Assembly: GCA_017438865.1 (NCBI GenBank)
Contig: JAFRUN010000006.1
Location: 5,552-69,551, forward strand
Length of the DNA: 64,000 nucleotides
From: Clostridia bacterium
GTDB lineage: Bacteria > Bacillota > Clostridia > Christensenellales > CAG-138
Direction of reading: 5' to 3'
Shown here in pieces: positions 7,814-16,704 of the stretch. Made by a program: the position numbers and the translations under genes. Each line of letters begins with the position of its first letter. The first letter of the stretch is position 1. The notes beneath the pieces are model-generated. The model made no database searches, was not told where the DNA came from, and saw only the letters and a list, made by a program, of their open reading frames with translations.

Positions 7814-8033
7814 GATCTCCGTTTTCGGCTGACCTGGTCTTTGACCCCACACTCGCCGGCAGGAGGGTTCGCTCATAAGCATTGCTCCCCACTACTGCCC
7901 CTCTCGACGGAATACCGCCGGCCGGACTTACTCCTAAGCCGCACCGTGCTCACGGACGCTTTGGTCCGCTTACGTGGATCGTTTTGCCTGCGACTGGCTT
8001 CGACTTGCAACCACAGACCCGAATTCGGACATC
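7814..8033 (-). ncRNA. Candidate structured RNA (6S-like architecture, or a structured 5' leader of the zinc-ribbon gene)
   Basis: No credible ORF in the region. The predicted TSS coincides with the 5' arm GAUGUCCG (8033-8026), which pairs 7/8 with CGGAGAUC (7821-7814). Further helices: GGUCU (8019-8015) with AGACC (7840-7836), and GCAGG (7991-7987) with CCUGC (7863-7859). Local hairpin at 7920-7905. G-U pairs form only in the minus-strand reading. Confidence 0.3.
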
Positions 8034-8039
8034 GTTCCA

Positions 8040-8068
8040 AGTATAAACCATCCCGCCGCAAATAGCAA
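8040..8068 (-). promoter_or_regulatory. Sigma-A-type promoter TTGCTA-17-TATACT driving the ORF-free region
   Basis: On the minus strand, -35 lies at 8068-8063 and -10 at 8045-8040, with a 17-nt spacer. Confidence 0.4.
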
Positions 8069-8081
8069 AGGTTTTTTTCGA

Positions 8082-8678
8082 TTATTTCGTAATTATTTTT
8101 TGCGCATGCGCGTCGCTTCCGACGGGGACGTTATCATATTGGGCGCGCGGACCGCCCACATATTTCGGCCGCGAAAACGCCATCACGAGATTCGCTTCGC
8201 CGATGTGACGGAGCGGACTGTGTACCGGCACCGCCACGCAGTGCAGATGCATGCCGATCAGCGTGTCGCCGATATCGATGCCGAGCGTTGCCTGTCCGTT
8301 CACGCTTTCGACCATCACCGCATCTTCGATCCGTTCATAGGCGCCGGTCACGCAGGCGCCGCCCGCGTGCAGCCACGGCTTCACCCAGACCTGCTGCAGC
8401 CCGTATTTCTTCATCGTTGCGCGCGAACAGCACAGCGAGCGGTTGATGTGCTCGCAGCCCTGCACCGCAAGGTCGAGTCCGGCTTCGTTCACCAGCGGCA
8501 GCAGCGCGTCGAGCACGGCTTTCGCCGCTTCTTCGCTGGAGCCCGAACCGATGCGCTTGCCCACGATCTCGCTGGTCGAGCAGCCGAGCACGAGGAGCGA
8601 GCCGGGTTCCGGCTTTGCCGCGTTCATCAGAATCCCGAACGCCTCTTTGACCTGTTCTCTGATTTCCGTTTCGTTCAT
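8082..8678 (-). CDS. TIGR01440/UPF0340 (YwlG-like) family protein
   Basis: LLVLGCSTSEIVGKRIG...AVQGCEHINRSL pattern. Start at MNETEIR with GAGGTG upstream. Confidence 0.85.
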   Translation of the reverse strand: MNETEIREQVKEAFGILMNAAKPEPGSLLVLGCSTSEIVGKRIGSGSSEEAAKAVLDALLPLVNEAGLDLAVQGCEHINRSLCCSRATMKKYGLQQVWVKPWLHAGGACVTGAYERIEDAVMVESVNGQATLGIDIGDTLIGMHLHCVAVPVHSPLRHIGEANLVMAFSRPKYVGGPRAQYDNVPVGSDAHAQKIITK

Positions 8679-8797
8679 GTCGTTCACCTCTCGGGAAGCA
8701 AAATCGCGCCCGCCGCAAGGGCGAGCCGTTACATGCAGTATATCCGTTCCGTCCGGCAAAGTCAAGGGAGGAACCCTTTGCAAACGCCGCGCCGCTG

Positions 8798-8806
8798 TGG
8801 TATACT
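8798..8806 (+). promoter_or_regulatory. Extended -10 element TGGTATACT immediately upstream of mutY
   Basis: The -10 ends at 8806 and the ATG is at 8813. No SD lies between them. Confidence 0.4.
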
Positions 8807-8812
8807 GCGGGT

Positions 8813-9841
<1,029 letters not shown>

Positions 9842-9898
9842 CAGATACGATTATATATGATATTCTGCGATCAATCGAAAAAAGGAGAAATACAGACC

Positions 9899-11068
9899 AT
9901 GAAGCGATTTCTGATCCTTGCGCTCGCGCTCGTGCTTGTGCTTTCCATGTTCGGATGCAGTTTTCTGCGTAAAAAGGCGGAGGAGGTCCTGGAACCCGCT
10001 CTGACCGATGTATTCGGTGAGAAGGAGGAACCCACAGCGGAACCCGAGCCCGACCCCACGGCGGAACCCGAGCCCGAACCTACGGCGGAACCCGAGCCGG
10101 AGCCCGAACTGGATGAAGGATGGAAAACGGCTGAGCTGGAGAAAGAGACAACCGAGACCGGTGTGGAAATGATTAAGATCCATGTCAAAATTCCTGCCGG
10201 AGCGACGCTGCGAATCGTTTTCCCGTATCAGGACGATTATACCTATACCAATGACAGCGACGTGTATTTAGATCACAAGGTAAAAACTTCGATTGAGGCT
10301 TTTCTTCCCGAGGAGCCGCTGACCGAGGGTGAAACGCTGACCGTTACGCCGCAGCTGACGATTACAACGGCAGACGGTACGGAGCATGCAATTGAATGCC
10401 CGTCGTTTACGTATACTGCGCCCGAAGCATTCGGACCGAAAAACCTGATCGGTATGTGGACGCTGACGACGGCATATGTGGAGGGAATGACCGTAAAGGC
10501 GTCCGATCTCGGCGTCGAGGCGTATTTCGATTTCCTTGAGGACGGCAAGAACGTCCATTGCCGGAGTCACTCCGCCGACGGATCCGACGAATATACGATG
10601 GCATACGAGGTTTCCGGTTATACGATCACACTGCATGACCGCGTTTCCGACGAGTATGCGACGTACGATCCCGAAACGGATCGCATCAAGCTCGAATCGG
10701 ACGGCGTGGTGATGTATCTCGAGCGCGTGTCGGACGACGAGCCGGTCGCACCCGCAACCGAAGCGCCCGTCGCCGGAGAGCCGGAGACGCTTGTCGGCAC
10801 CTGGGTATTGACGAAAGGCGTCGTTGCCGGCATTGAAGTGTCGGTAAGTCAACTCGGTTTTGATATGTCGTTTGTTTTCAATGAGGACGGAACCGCGGCA
10901 ATGATCTATCAGGGCGAAACGACCGACGGTCTCAACTGGGTGCAGGACGGCAATGTCGTGAAGCTCAGCGCATACAGCATCGATCTGTATGATTTCCAGC
11001 TGAAGGGCTCGACGCTGACGCTGCACGAGACGACGAACAACGTCGATCTGATCTTTGAAAAGAAGTAA
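9899..11068 (+). CDS. Lipoprotein with a Pro/Glu repeat linker and repeated lipocalin-like modules
   Basis: Lipobox LSMFGC. Two internal modules (GMWTLTTAYVEG... and GTWVLTKGVVAG...). The C-terminal module is homologous to the next gene. Confidence 0.75.
   Translation: MKRFLILALALVLVLSMFGCSFLRKKAEEVLEPALTDVFGEKEEPTAEPEPDPTAEPEPEPTAEPEPEPELDEGWKTAELEKETTETGVEMIKIHVKIPAGATLRIVFPYQDDYTYTNDSDVYLDHKVKTSIEAFLPEEPLTEGETLTVTPQLTITTADGTEHAIECPSFTYTAPEAFGPKNLIGMWTLTTAYVEGMTVKASDLGVEAYFDFLEDGKNVHCRSHSADGSDEYTMAYEVSGYTITLHDRVSDEYATYDPETDRIKLESDGVVMYLERVSDDEPVAPATEAPVAGEPETLVGTWVLTKGVVAGIEVSVSQLGFDMSFVFNEDGTAAMIYQGETTDGLNWVQDGNVVKLSAYSIDLYDFQLKGSTLTLHETTNNVDLIFEKK
10034..10105 (+). repeat. 3 x 24-nt tandem coding repeat (TAEPEPxP)
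   Basis: Units at 10034-10057, 10058-10081 and 10082-10105, near-identical. Confidence 0.85.
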
Positions 11069-11199
11069 CGTATTTCCGGACGGCGGGAGGTCGGGAAACG
11101 GTCTCCTTTCGCCGTTTCAAAAAACGGGTTGAAACGGACGGGAAAATCCTGTATACTGATACCGAGCCCGAACGGGTATTCAATGAGGAGGGGTATGGA

Positions 11200-11574
11200 A
11201 TGAAAAAGGTTTTGACATTGGCATTGGCGGTCATTCTGCTGTGCGGCTGTCTTGCGGCTTGCGCGGGGGGAGACGAAGCGGCTTCCGGCGAAGTGACGAT
11301 TCCCGGCACATGGAATCTTTCCAAGGCGAAGTCGGATGGTATTTCGATCCCGGCGTCAAAGCTCGGTTTTGAAATGTCGTTCATCTTCAACGAGGACGGG
11401 ACCGCGTCGATGATCTATCAGGGCGAAACGACCGACGGTCTCAATTGGGCGCAGGAAGGCGACGTTGTGAAGCTCAGCACATACGGCATCGATCTGTATG
11501 ATTTCCAGCTGAATGGCTCGACGCTGACGCTGCATGAAGATACCCAGAACATCGATCTGATCTTCAGCAAGTAA
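11200..11574 (+). CDS. Small lipoprotein, paralog of the C-terminal module of 9899-11068
   Basis: Lipobox LAACAG. FIFNEDGTASMIYQGETTDGLNWAQEGDVVKL matches FVFNEDGTAAMIYQGETTDGLNWVQDGNVVKL in the upstream gene. Confidence 0.75.
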   Translation: MKKVLTLALAVILLCGCLAACAGGDEAASGEVTIPGTWNLSKAKSDGISIPASKLGFEMSFIFNEDGTASMIYQGETTDGLNWAQEGDVVKLSTYGIDLYDFQLNGSTLTLHEDTQNIDLIFSK

Positions 11575-11584
11575 CCGGCAAACG

Positions 11585-11620
11585 AAAAGGACTGTCCGCG
11601 AACACGGACAGTCCTTTTTT
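11585..11620. terminator. Bidirectional terminator
   Basis: AAAA-GGACTGTCCG-CGAACA-CGGACAGTCC-TTTTTT, between convergent genes. Confidence 0.8.
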
Positions 11621-11784
11621 CAGTTCCGATGCTCGTAGGAGCCGCAGAGCGTTTCGTTTTCACGGCCGGACGTGCAGCCGGGCGCGGGACGGACGCAGAT
11701 GCTTCTCAAAGCGCAGTGCTTTCCCTGCTCGTTGTACCGGCAGCTATTGACCTCGCAGCCGATCTGCTGATCGTTATGTTCCAT
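11620..11784 (-). CDS. DUF1540 domain-containing small Cys-rich protein
   Basis: Begins MEHNDQQIGCEVNSCRYNEQGKHCALRSICV. Start at 11784 with AGGAGG 7 nt upstream. Confidence 0.8.
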   Translation of the reverse strand: MEHNDQQIGCEVNSCRYNEQGKHCALRSICVRPAPGCTSGRENETLCGSYEHRN

Positions 11785-11859
11785 GAAATGACCTCCTTTC
11801 GTTTTGCTTAGTCTGCGCATGAACCGCTCGTTCCATGTGCGTTTTCGTAAAAATGCGGG

Positions 11860-11888
11860 TTGAAAATGGCGAAGATTCGTATTATACT
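11860..11888 (+). promoter_or_regulatory. Sigma-A-type promoter TTGAAA-17-TATACT for the BMP ABC operon
   Basis: Same CGGGTTGAAA-N17-TATACTGATA layout as upstream of 11200 (near 11130-11160). Confidence 0.5.
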
Positions 11889-11929
11889 GATATCAACCCC
11901 TTTAGGGCAATTTTCAGGAGGGAAAAGAA

Positions 11930-12982
11930 ATGAAAAAAGTTTTGGCATTGGTGCTGGTACTCATGCTTACGCTCGGCTGCTTTGCCGCGTGCAAGAAGGA
12001 TAAACCTGCAGACGCGACGCCCGCGCCCGCAAATCCCGGAACGGAAGCGACGCCCGAACCGCCGTCCACCGAGCCGGACAAGACCAGAGTCGCGATCGTC
12101 GTTGCAGGTACGTTCGGCGACCGCTCGTTCTATGATTCTTCGAAAGAGGGCGGCGAACGCCTTGCGAAGGATTTCGACACGCTCGACGTGAAGTTTGTGG
12201 AGTGCAACAACGAAAACCACACCGTCCGCATGCAGAACGCGGCGGCGCAGGCGGACATCGTCGTGTGCGTCGGCTGGGAGTTCTATGACATCGAGACCGT
12301 CGCGCCGGAGTTCCCGGACGTCAAGTTCATCTGGATCGACAATGCGACCGAGACGGCCGTTCCGAATCTGCTGAACATCGTTTATGCGCAGAACGAGGGC
12401 TCGTTCCTTGCGGGTTACATCGCGGCGGCGATGAGCAAGACGGGCACGGTCGGCGCGGTCGGCGGCGAGGACAGCATCACGATCAACGACTTTATCGTGG
12501 GCTATAAGCAGGGCGCGGCGTATTTCAGCGACGCGATCAAGGTCGAGGTCAACTACACCAATGATTACGACGATCCGGCGAAGGGCAAGGACTGCGCAAA
12601 GGTCCTCCACGACCGCGGTGCGGACGTCATCTTCCAGATCGCCTCGAAGGCGGGCGACGGCGTGTTTGAAGCGGCGCAGGAGGGCGGCTTCTATGCGATC
12701 GGCGTCGACTCCGATCAGAAGTACATCAACGACGCCGTCATCATCTGCTCGATGAAGAAGGAGGTCGGCAAATCGATCTACGACGCGATCGCGGAGATCG
12801 TTTCGGGCAACAATTCCAAGCTCGGCACGACCTGGGTTGCGGATATGTCGAACGGCTACGTCGGCATCGGCTACGGCGAAGATGGCGCAACGCAGCAGAT
12901 CCCGGACGATATCAAGGCGAAGGTGGAAGAGCTGAGGGCGAAGATCGTCTCCGGCGAGATCAAGGTCGACACCACCAGATAA
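11930..12982 (+). CDS. BMP-family (Med/PnrA-like) ABC transporter substrate-binding lipoprotein, probable nucleoside binding
   Basis: Lipobox LTLGCFAAC. The sequence has the BMP-family pattern (VGWEF..., GGEDSITINDFIVGYKQGA, YAIGVDSDQ). Confidence 0.9.
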   Translation: MKKVLALVLVLMLTLGCFAACKKDKPADATPAPANPGTEATPEPPSTEPDKTRVAIVVAGTFGDRSFYDSSKEGGERLAKDFDTLDVKFVECNNENHTVRMQNAAAQADIVVCVGWEFYDIETVAPEFPDVKFIWIDNATETAVPNLLNIVYAQNEGSFLAGYIAAAMSKTGTVGAVGGEDSITINDFIVGYKQGAAYFSDAIKVEVNYTNDYDDPAKGKDCAKVLHDRGADVIFQIASKAGDGVFEAAQEGGFYAIGVDSDQKYINDAVIICSMKKEVGKSIYDAIAEIVSGNNSKLGTTWVADMSNGYVGIGYGEDGATQQIPDDIKAKVEELRAKIVSGEIKVDTTR

Positions 12983-12993
12983 GGATCCGTAAC

Positions 12994-13030
12994 GCGGAAG
13001 CTGTCTTTTCGGGCGGCTTCCGCCTTTTTT
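12994..13030 (+). terminator. Intra-operon hairpin/attenuator after the binding-protein gene
   Basis: GCGGAAGC-loop-GCTTCCGC followed by CTTTTTT. Confidence 0.55.
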
Positions 13031-13058
13031 ACATGGCGAAAAGGGAGGGACAAAGGTT

Positions 13059-14588
13059 TTGACGGACGAGATCCGGTTTGAACACATTTCCATGGAATTC
13101 CCGGGGGTGCTCGCAAACGACGACATTTCGCTGTCGATCAAAAACGGCGAGGTGTTCGCGCTGGTCGGCGAAAACGGCGCGGGCAAGTCGACGCTGATGA
13201 ACATCCTGTACGGCATCAATACGCCGACGGCGGGGAGCTTATATGTGCGCGGCGAAAAGATCACGGACTTCAGCCCGAAAGCGGCGATCGACCGCGGTAT
13301 CGGCATGGTGCACCAGCACTTCATGCTGGTCCCGTCGTTCACGGTCGCGCAGAACATCGTTCTGGGCCGCGAGCCGAAGAACGCGGGCGTCCTGTTCGAC
13401 AACCGAAAAGCGGAGAAACTCACGCGCGAGCTTGTGAAGGAGTACGGGCTTGAGGTCGATCCGTCCGCCGAGGTGCGCGATATCTCCGTGGGACTGCAGC
13501 AGCGCGTCGAGATCCTGAAAACACTCTACCGCGGCGCGGACATTCTGATCCTCGACGAGCCGACGGCGGTTTTGACGCCGCAGGAAACGGACGAGCTCTT
13601 CGACGTCATCCGGCGCATCGTGCGTGAAAAAGAGATGACGGTCATCATCATCACGCACAAGCTCTACGAGGTCATGGCGATCTCCGACCGCGTCGGCGTC
13701 ATGCGGCAGGGAAAGCTCATCGGCGTCGAGAATACAAAGGACGTCGACGAAAAGAAGCTCGCGTCCATGATGGTCGGGCGTCCCGTGCTGTTCGATCATC
13801 TTGAGAAGACCGGCGAACCCGGCGAAGTCGCGATCGAGGTCGACGATCTTTTCGTTGCGGACAACCGCGGACTTCCCGCGGTGCGCGGCGTATCGCTGCA
13901 GGTGAAAAAAGGCGAGGTGCTCGGCATTGCGGCGATCGAGGGCAACGGCCAGAGCGAGCTGCTTGAAGCGATCACCGGCATGCGCAAAATCAACCGCGGT
14001 CATGTGACGGTCTGCGGGAAGGACGCGACGGACAAGACGCCCGGCGAGATCCGCGCTTTGGGACTTTCGCATGTGCCGGAGGACCGGCTTTCCACCGGCG
14101 TCGACAAGGTCGCCTCGGTCACGGACAATCTTCTGGTCGGCAGGCAAAAGGAAAAGCGCTTCAACCTGTTCGGCTTCCATCAGCGGCGCAGCACCGTCGA
14201 ACGCTACGCCAAGGAGCTTTATCAAAAATTCGACATCCGCGGCGCGGGCATCCATACCGAGGTCGGCTCGATGTCCGGCGGCAATATGCAGAAGGTCGTC
14301 GTCGCGCGCGAATTCAGCTTCGATACGCCGGTGCTGGTCATTTCGCAGCCGACGCGCGGCGTGGACATCGGCGCGATGGAGTTTTTCCACACGCGCATCA
14401 TCGAGCAGCGCAACGCGGGTGCGGCGATTCTTCTGAGCTCTGCGGACCTCGACGAGGTCTTCCGCCTGTCCGACCGCATCATCACGCTTTACGAGGGTAA
14501 GATCACCGGCGAATTCAAAGCGTCCGAGATCACCAAGGAGGAGATCGGTCTCTACATGACCGGCACCGGAGAGGGGGCGAAGGCATGA
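13059..14588 (+). CDS. ABC transporter ATP-binding protein (duplicated ATPase, sugar/nucleoside type)
   Basis: Two ABC cassettes: GENGAGKST/LILDEPT and MSGGNMQK. TTG start with GGGAGGG upstream. Confidence 0.9.
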   Translation: MTDEIRFEHISMEFPGVLANDDISLSIKNGEVFALVGENGAGKSTLMNILYGINTPTAGSLYVRGEKITDFSPKAAIDRGIGMVHQHFMLVPSFTVAQNIVLGREPKNAGVLFDNRKAEKLTRELVKEYGLEVDPSAEVRDISVGLQQRVEILKTLYRGADILILDEPTAVLTPQETDELFDVIRRIVREKEMTVIIITHKLYEVMAISDRVGVMRQGKLIGVENTKDVDEKKLASMMVGRPVLFDHLEKTGEPGEVAIEVDDLFVADNRGLPAVRGVSLQVKKGEVLGIAAIEGNGQSELLEAITGMRKINRGHVTVCGKDATDKTPGEIRALGLSHVPEDRLSTGVDKVASVTDNLLVGRQKEKRFNLFGFHQRRSTVERYAKELYQKFDIRGAGIHTEVGSMSGGNMQKVVVAREFSFDTPVLVISQPTRGVDIGAMEFFHTRIIEQRNAGAAILLSSADLDEVFRLSDRIITLYEGKITGEFKASEITKEEIGLYMTGTGEGAKA

Positions 14589-15700
14589 AGGCGTTTTTCC
14601 TGCGGCTGAAGCAGAAACTTGACTTCGGCTATCTCGTCGCGCTTCTGATCAGTCTCGGCGTCGCGCTTCTGATCGGCACCGTGATCCTGACGGTCACCGG
14701 CTTCGACACCGGCAAGGCGCTCGGCGCGCTGATCGGCGGCTCGTTCTCGTCCAGACAGTATTTCGGCAACATGCTCGAATACGCAATGGTGCTGTGCCTT
14801 TGCGGTCTCGCCTGCGACGTCGGCAGCCGCGCCGGCATCTTCAACGTCGGCGGCGAAGGGCAGCTCATCCTCGGCGCGCTGTTTGCCGCGCAGATCGGCG
14901 TCTGGCTCAAGGATGCCTCCCCGTGGATCGCAATCCCGTGCGCCGCGCTCGGCGCCGTTCTCGTCGGCGGATTCTACGCGTTCATCCCGGGCGTATTGAA
15001 GGTCAAGCTGAAGGTCAACGAGGTCATCACCACGATCATGCTGAACTCGGTCGCGGTGTTCATCTGCGGCTACTTCTCCAAGGGCCCGTGGAAGAATCCG
15101 AGCCCGCGCGTCGTCAGCGACACGAGTCCGCTCGATCGTTCGTTCATGTTCTCAAAGCTCATTCCGAGCTCGAATCTGTCCACGGCGATCATCGTTTCGG
15201 CGGTGCTGACGTTCCTTGTGTGGTACATCCTGCAGAAGACGACCAAGGGCTATGAAATGCGGCTGACGGGCGACAACCCGCGGTTTGCGCGGTTTGCCGG
15301 GATCAAAGCGGACCGGATCGTGATCGTCGCCATGGTGATCTCCGGCATGATGTGCGGTCTCGTCGGCATGTTCCGCGTATACGGCGCGGCGGGCAAGTAT
15401 CAGTCGTCGATCTCGAACGATTATTATTTCGAAGGGCTGATGGTCGCGATGATCGCGCAGTATCAGCCGATCCCGACGATCATCATTTCCCTGATCTTCG
15501 CGATCCTTCGCTGGGGCGCGATCTTCATGGAGGACACCGTCGGCGTGCCGATCCAGATCTACTGGATCATTCAGACGGCGGTCATCTTCTGCATGGCGGG
15601 CGAAAAGGGCGTCCGCGCCGCAATTCACAAGGCAAGGGAGACGCGCGCCGCCAAGCGCGAGATCGAAAAACGCAGGGAAGGGGGTGCGGTCCGTGAATGA
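14585..15700 (+). CDS. ABC transporter permease
   Basis: Polytopic. 4-nt overlap with the ATPase gene. Confidence 0.9.
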   Translation: MKAFFLRLKQKLDFGYLVALLISLGVALLIGTVILTVTGFDTGKALGALIGGSFSSRQYFGNMLEYAMVLCLCGLACDVGSRAGIFNVGGEGQLILGALFAAQIGVWLKDASPWIAIPCAALGAVLVGGFYAFIPGVLKVKLKVNEVITTIMLNSVAVFICGYFSKGPWKNPSPRVVSDTSPLDRSFMFSKLIPSSNLSTAIIVSAVLTFLVWYILQKTTKGYEMRLTGDNPRFARFAGIKADRIVIVAMVISGMMCGLVGMFRVYGAAGKYQSSISNDYYFEGLMVAMIAQYQPIPTIIISLIFAILRWGAIFMEDTVGVPIQIYWIIQTAVIFCMAGEKGVRAAIHKARETRAAKREIEKRREGGAVRE

Positions 15701-16649
15701 GAATTCCTGGTCGAACATTCTGACGGTCGCTTCGAGCACGCTGAATCAGATGCTGCGAAGCGCAACGCCGGTCGCGCTCGCCGCTCTGGGCGGACTGATG
15801 ACCGAGCACGCGGGCATCATGAATATCGGCATGGACGGCATGATCCTGATGGGCGCGTTCACCGCGGCGGCGGTTTCCACCGCGCTGATGAGTGCCGCGC
15901 TCGGCATCGTTGCGTCGGTGATCTTCGGCATTCTGGTGGGACTGTTCTTTGCCCTGTTTACGGTAAAGCTCCGCAGCGACGAGTTCATCATCGGCTGCGC
16001 GCTGAATACCTTCGCGATGGGCATCACGGTATACCTTTCGCGCTCGCTGTTCGATTCCGCGGGCATCTCGAACGCGCCGCATCTTCACAACATCTCGATC
16101 CCGCTGATCCGCAACATCCCGTTCCTGGGCAGCGTCGTCAGCGGACACAGTCTGTTCGTCTATCTGACCTGGGCGTTCGTGATCCTCATGTGGCTGTTCG
16201 TGTACCGCACGCCGGTCGGCTTCTGGATCCGCGCTTCCGGCGAATCTCCCGAAACGCTGCGCACCGCTGGCAGGAATCCCGAGCGGATGAAGTGGATCGC
16301 GTCGATCCTGTGCGGCGTGTTCTGCGGTCTTGCCGGCGCGCATCTGTCGCTCGGTAATCTGAACGGGCAGTTCGGGCAGCGCATGGTCGCCGGACGCGGC
16401 TACATCGCGTTCGCCTGCGTCATCTTCGGCGGCGCGAACCCGGTCAAGGTCTTTGCCGCCGCGCTGATGTTCGGCTTCTTCGACGCGATCGGTCTGCAGC
16501 TGCAGAGCTCCAAGCTCGTCGATCCCGACCTGACCTCGGCGATCCCGTACGTCATCACGATCATCATGATGGTCTATGTCGTCGTCAGCGGACAGCGCAG
16601 AAGAGAGCGCATCGCAAAGCAGCAGCTCAAAAAACTCGAGCTGAAATAA
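15684..16649 (+). CDS. ABC transporter permease
   Basis: Polytopic. Start is ambiguous between GTG 15684 and in-frame GTG 15693. Confidence 0.85.
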   Translation: MRSVNENSWSNILTVASSTLNQMLRSATPVALAALGGLMTEHAGIMNIGMDGMILMGAFTAAAVSTALMSAALGIVASVIFGILVGLFFALFTVKLRSDEFIIGCALNTFAMGITVYLSRSLFDSAGISNAPHLHNISIPLIRNIPFLGSVVSGHSLFVYLTWAFVILMWLFVYRTPVGFWIRASGESPETLRTAGRNPERMKWIASILCGVFCGLAGAHLSLGNLNGQFGQRMVAGRGYIAFACVIFGGANPVKVFAAALMFGFFDAIGLQLQSSKLVDPDLTSAIPYVITIIMMVYVVVSGQRRRERIAKQQLKKLELK

Positions 16650-16704
16650 AACGTGACCGTGCGGACAAACGCGCGTGAAAAAAAGACGGGGCGGAGGATA
16701 TCGC

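Noticed and set aside
7814-8033. Possibility that the structured region is SRP RNA, RNase P RNA, tmRNA, a T-box or a known riboswitch
   Set aside because: ACCAGGUCAG resembles the SRP helix 8 5' side, but the invariant GGAAGCAGC partner is missing and the motif sits at the 3' end. AAGUCCGG resembles RNase P P4, but the element is too short and lacks the ACAGAA..GGCUUA partner. It has no tRNA-like ends for tmRNA. I saw no T-box, B12-box, TPP, FMN, SAM or ydaO core sequences by eye. Only a covariance-model search can settle this.
11882-13423. 513-aa minus-strand ORF. Similar antisense ORFs lie at 15582-17111, 17590-19263, 20241-21629, 37752-39254, 39453-40811, 41887-43731, 49650-51161, 59639-61747 and 62059-63402.
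   Set aside because: All lie antisense to genes with clear family signatures (ABC components, proS, GH2, MATE, pepT and others). They have R/D/H/G-rich compositions and lack SD sequences. I treat them as GC-driven artefacts.
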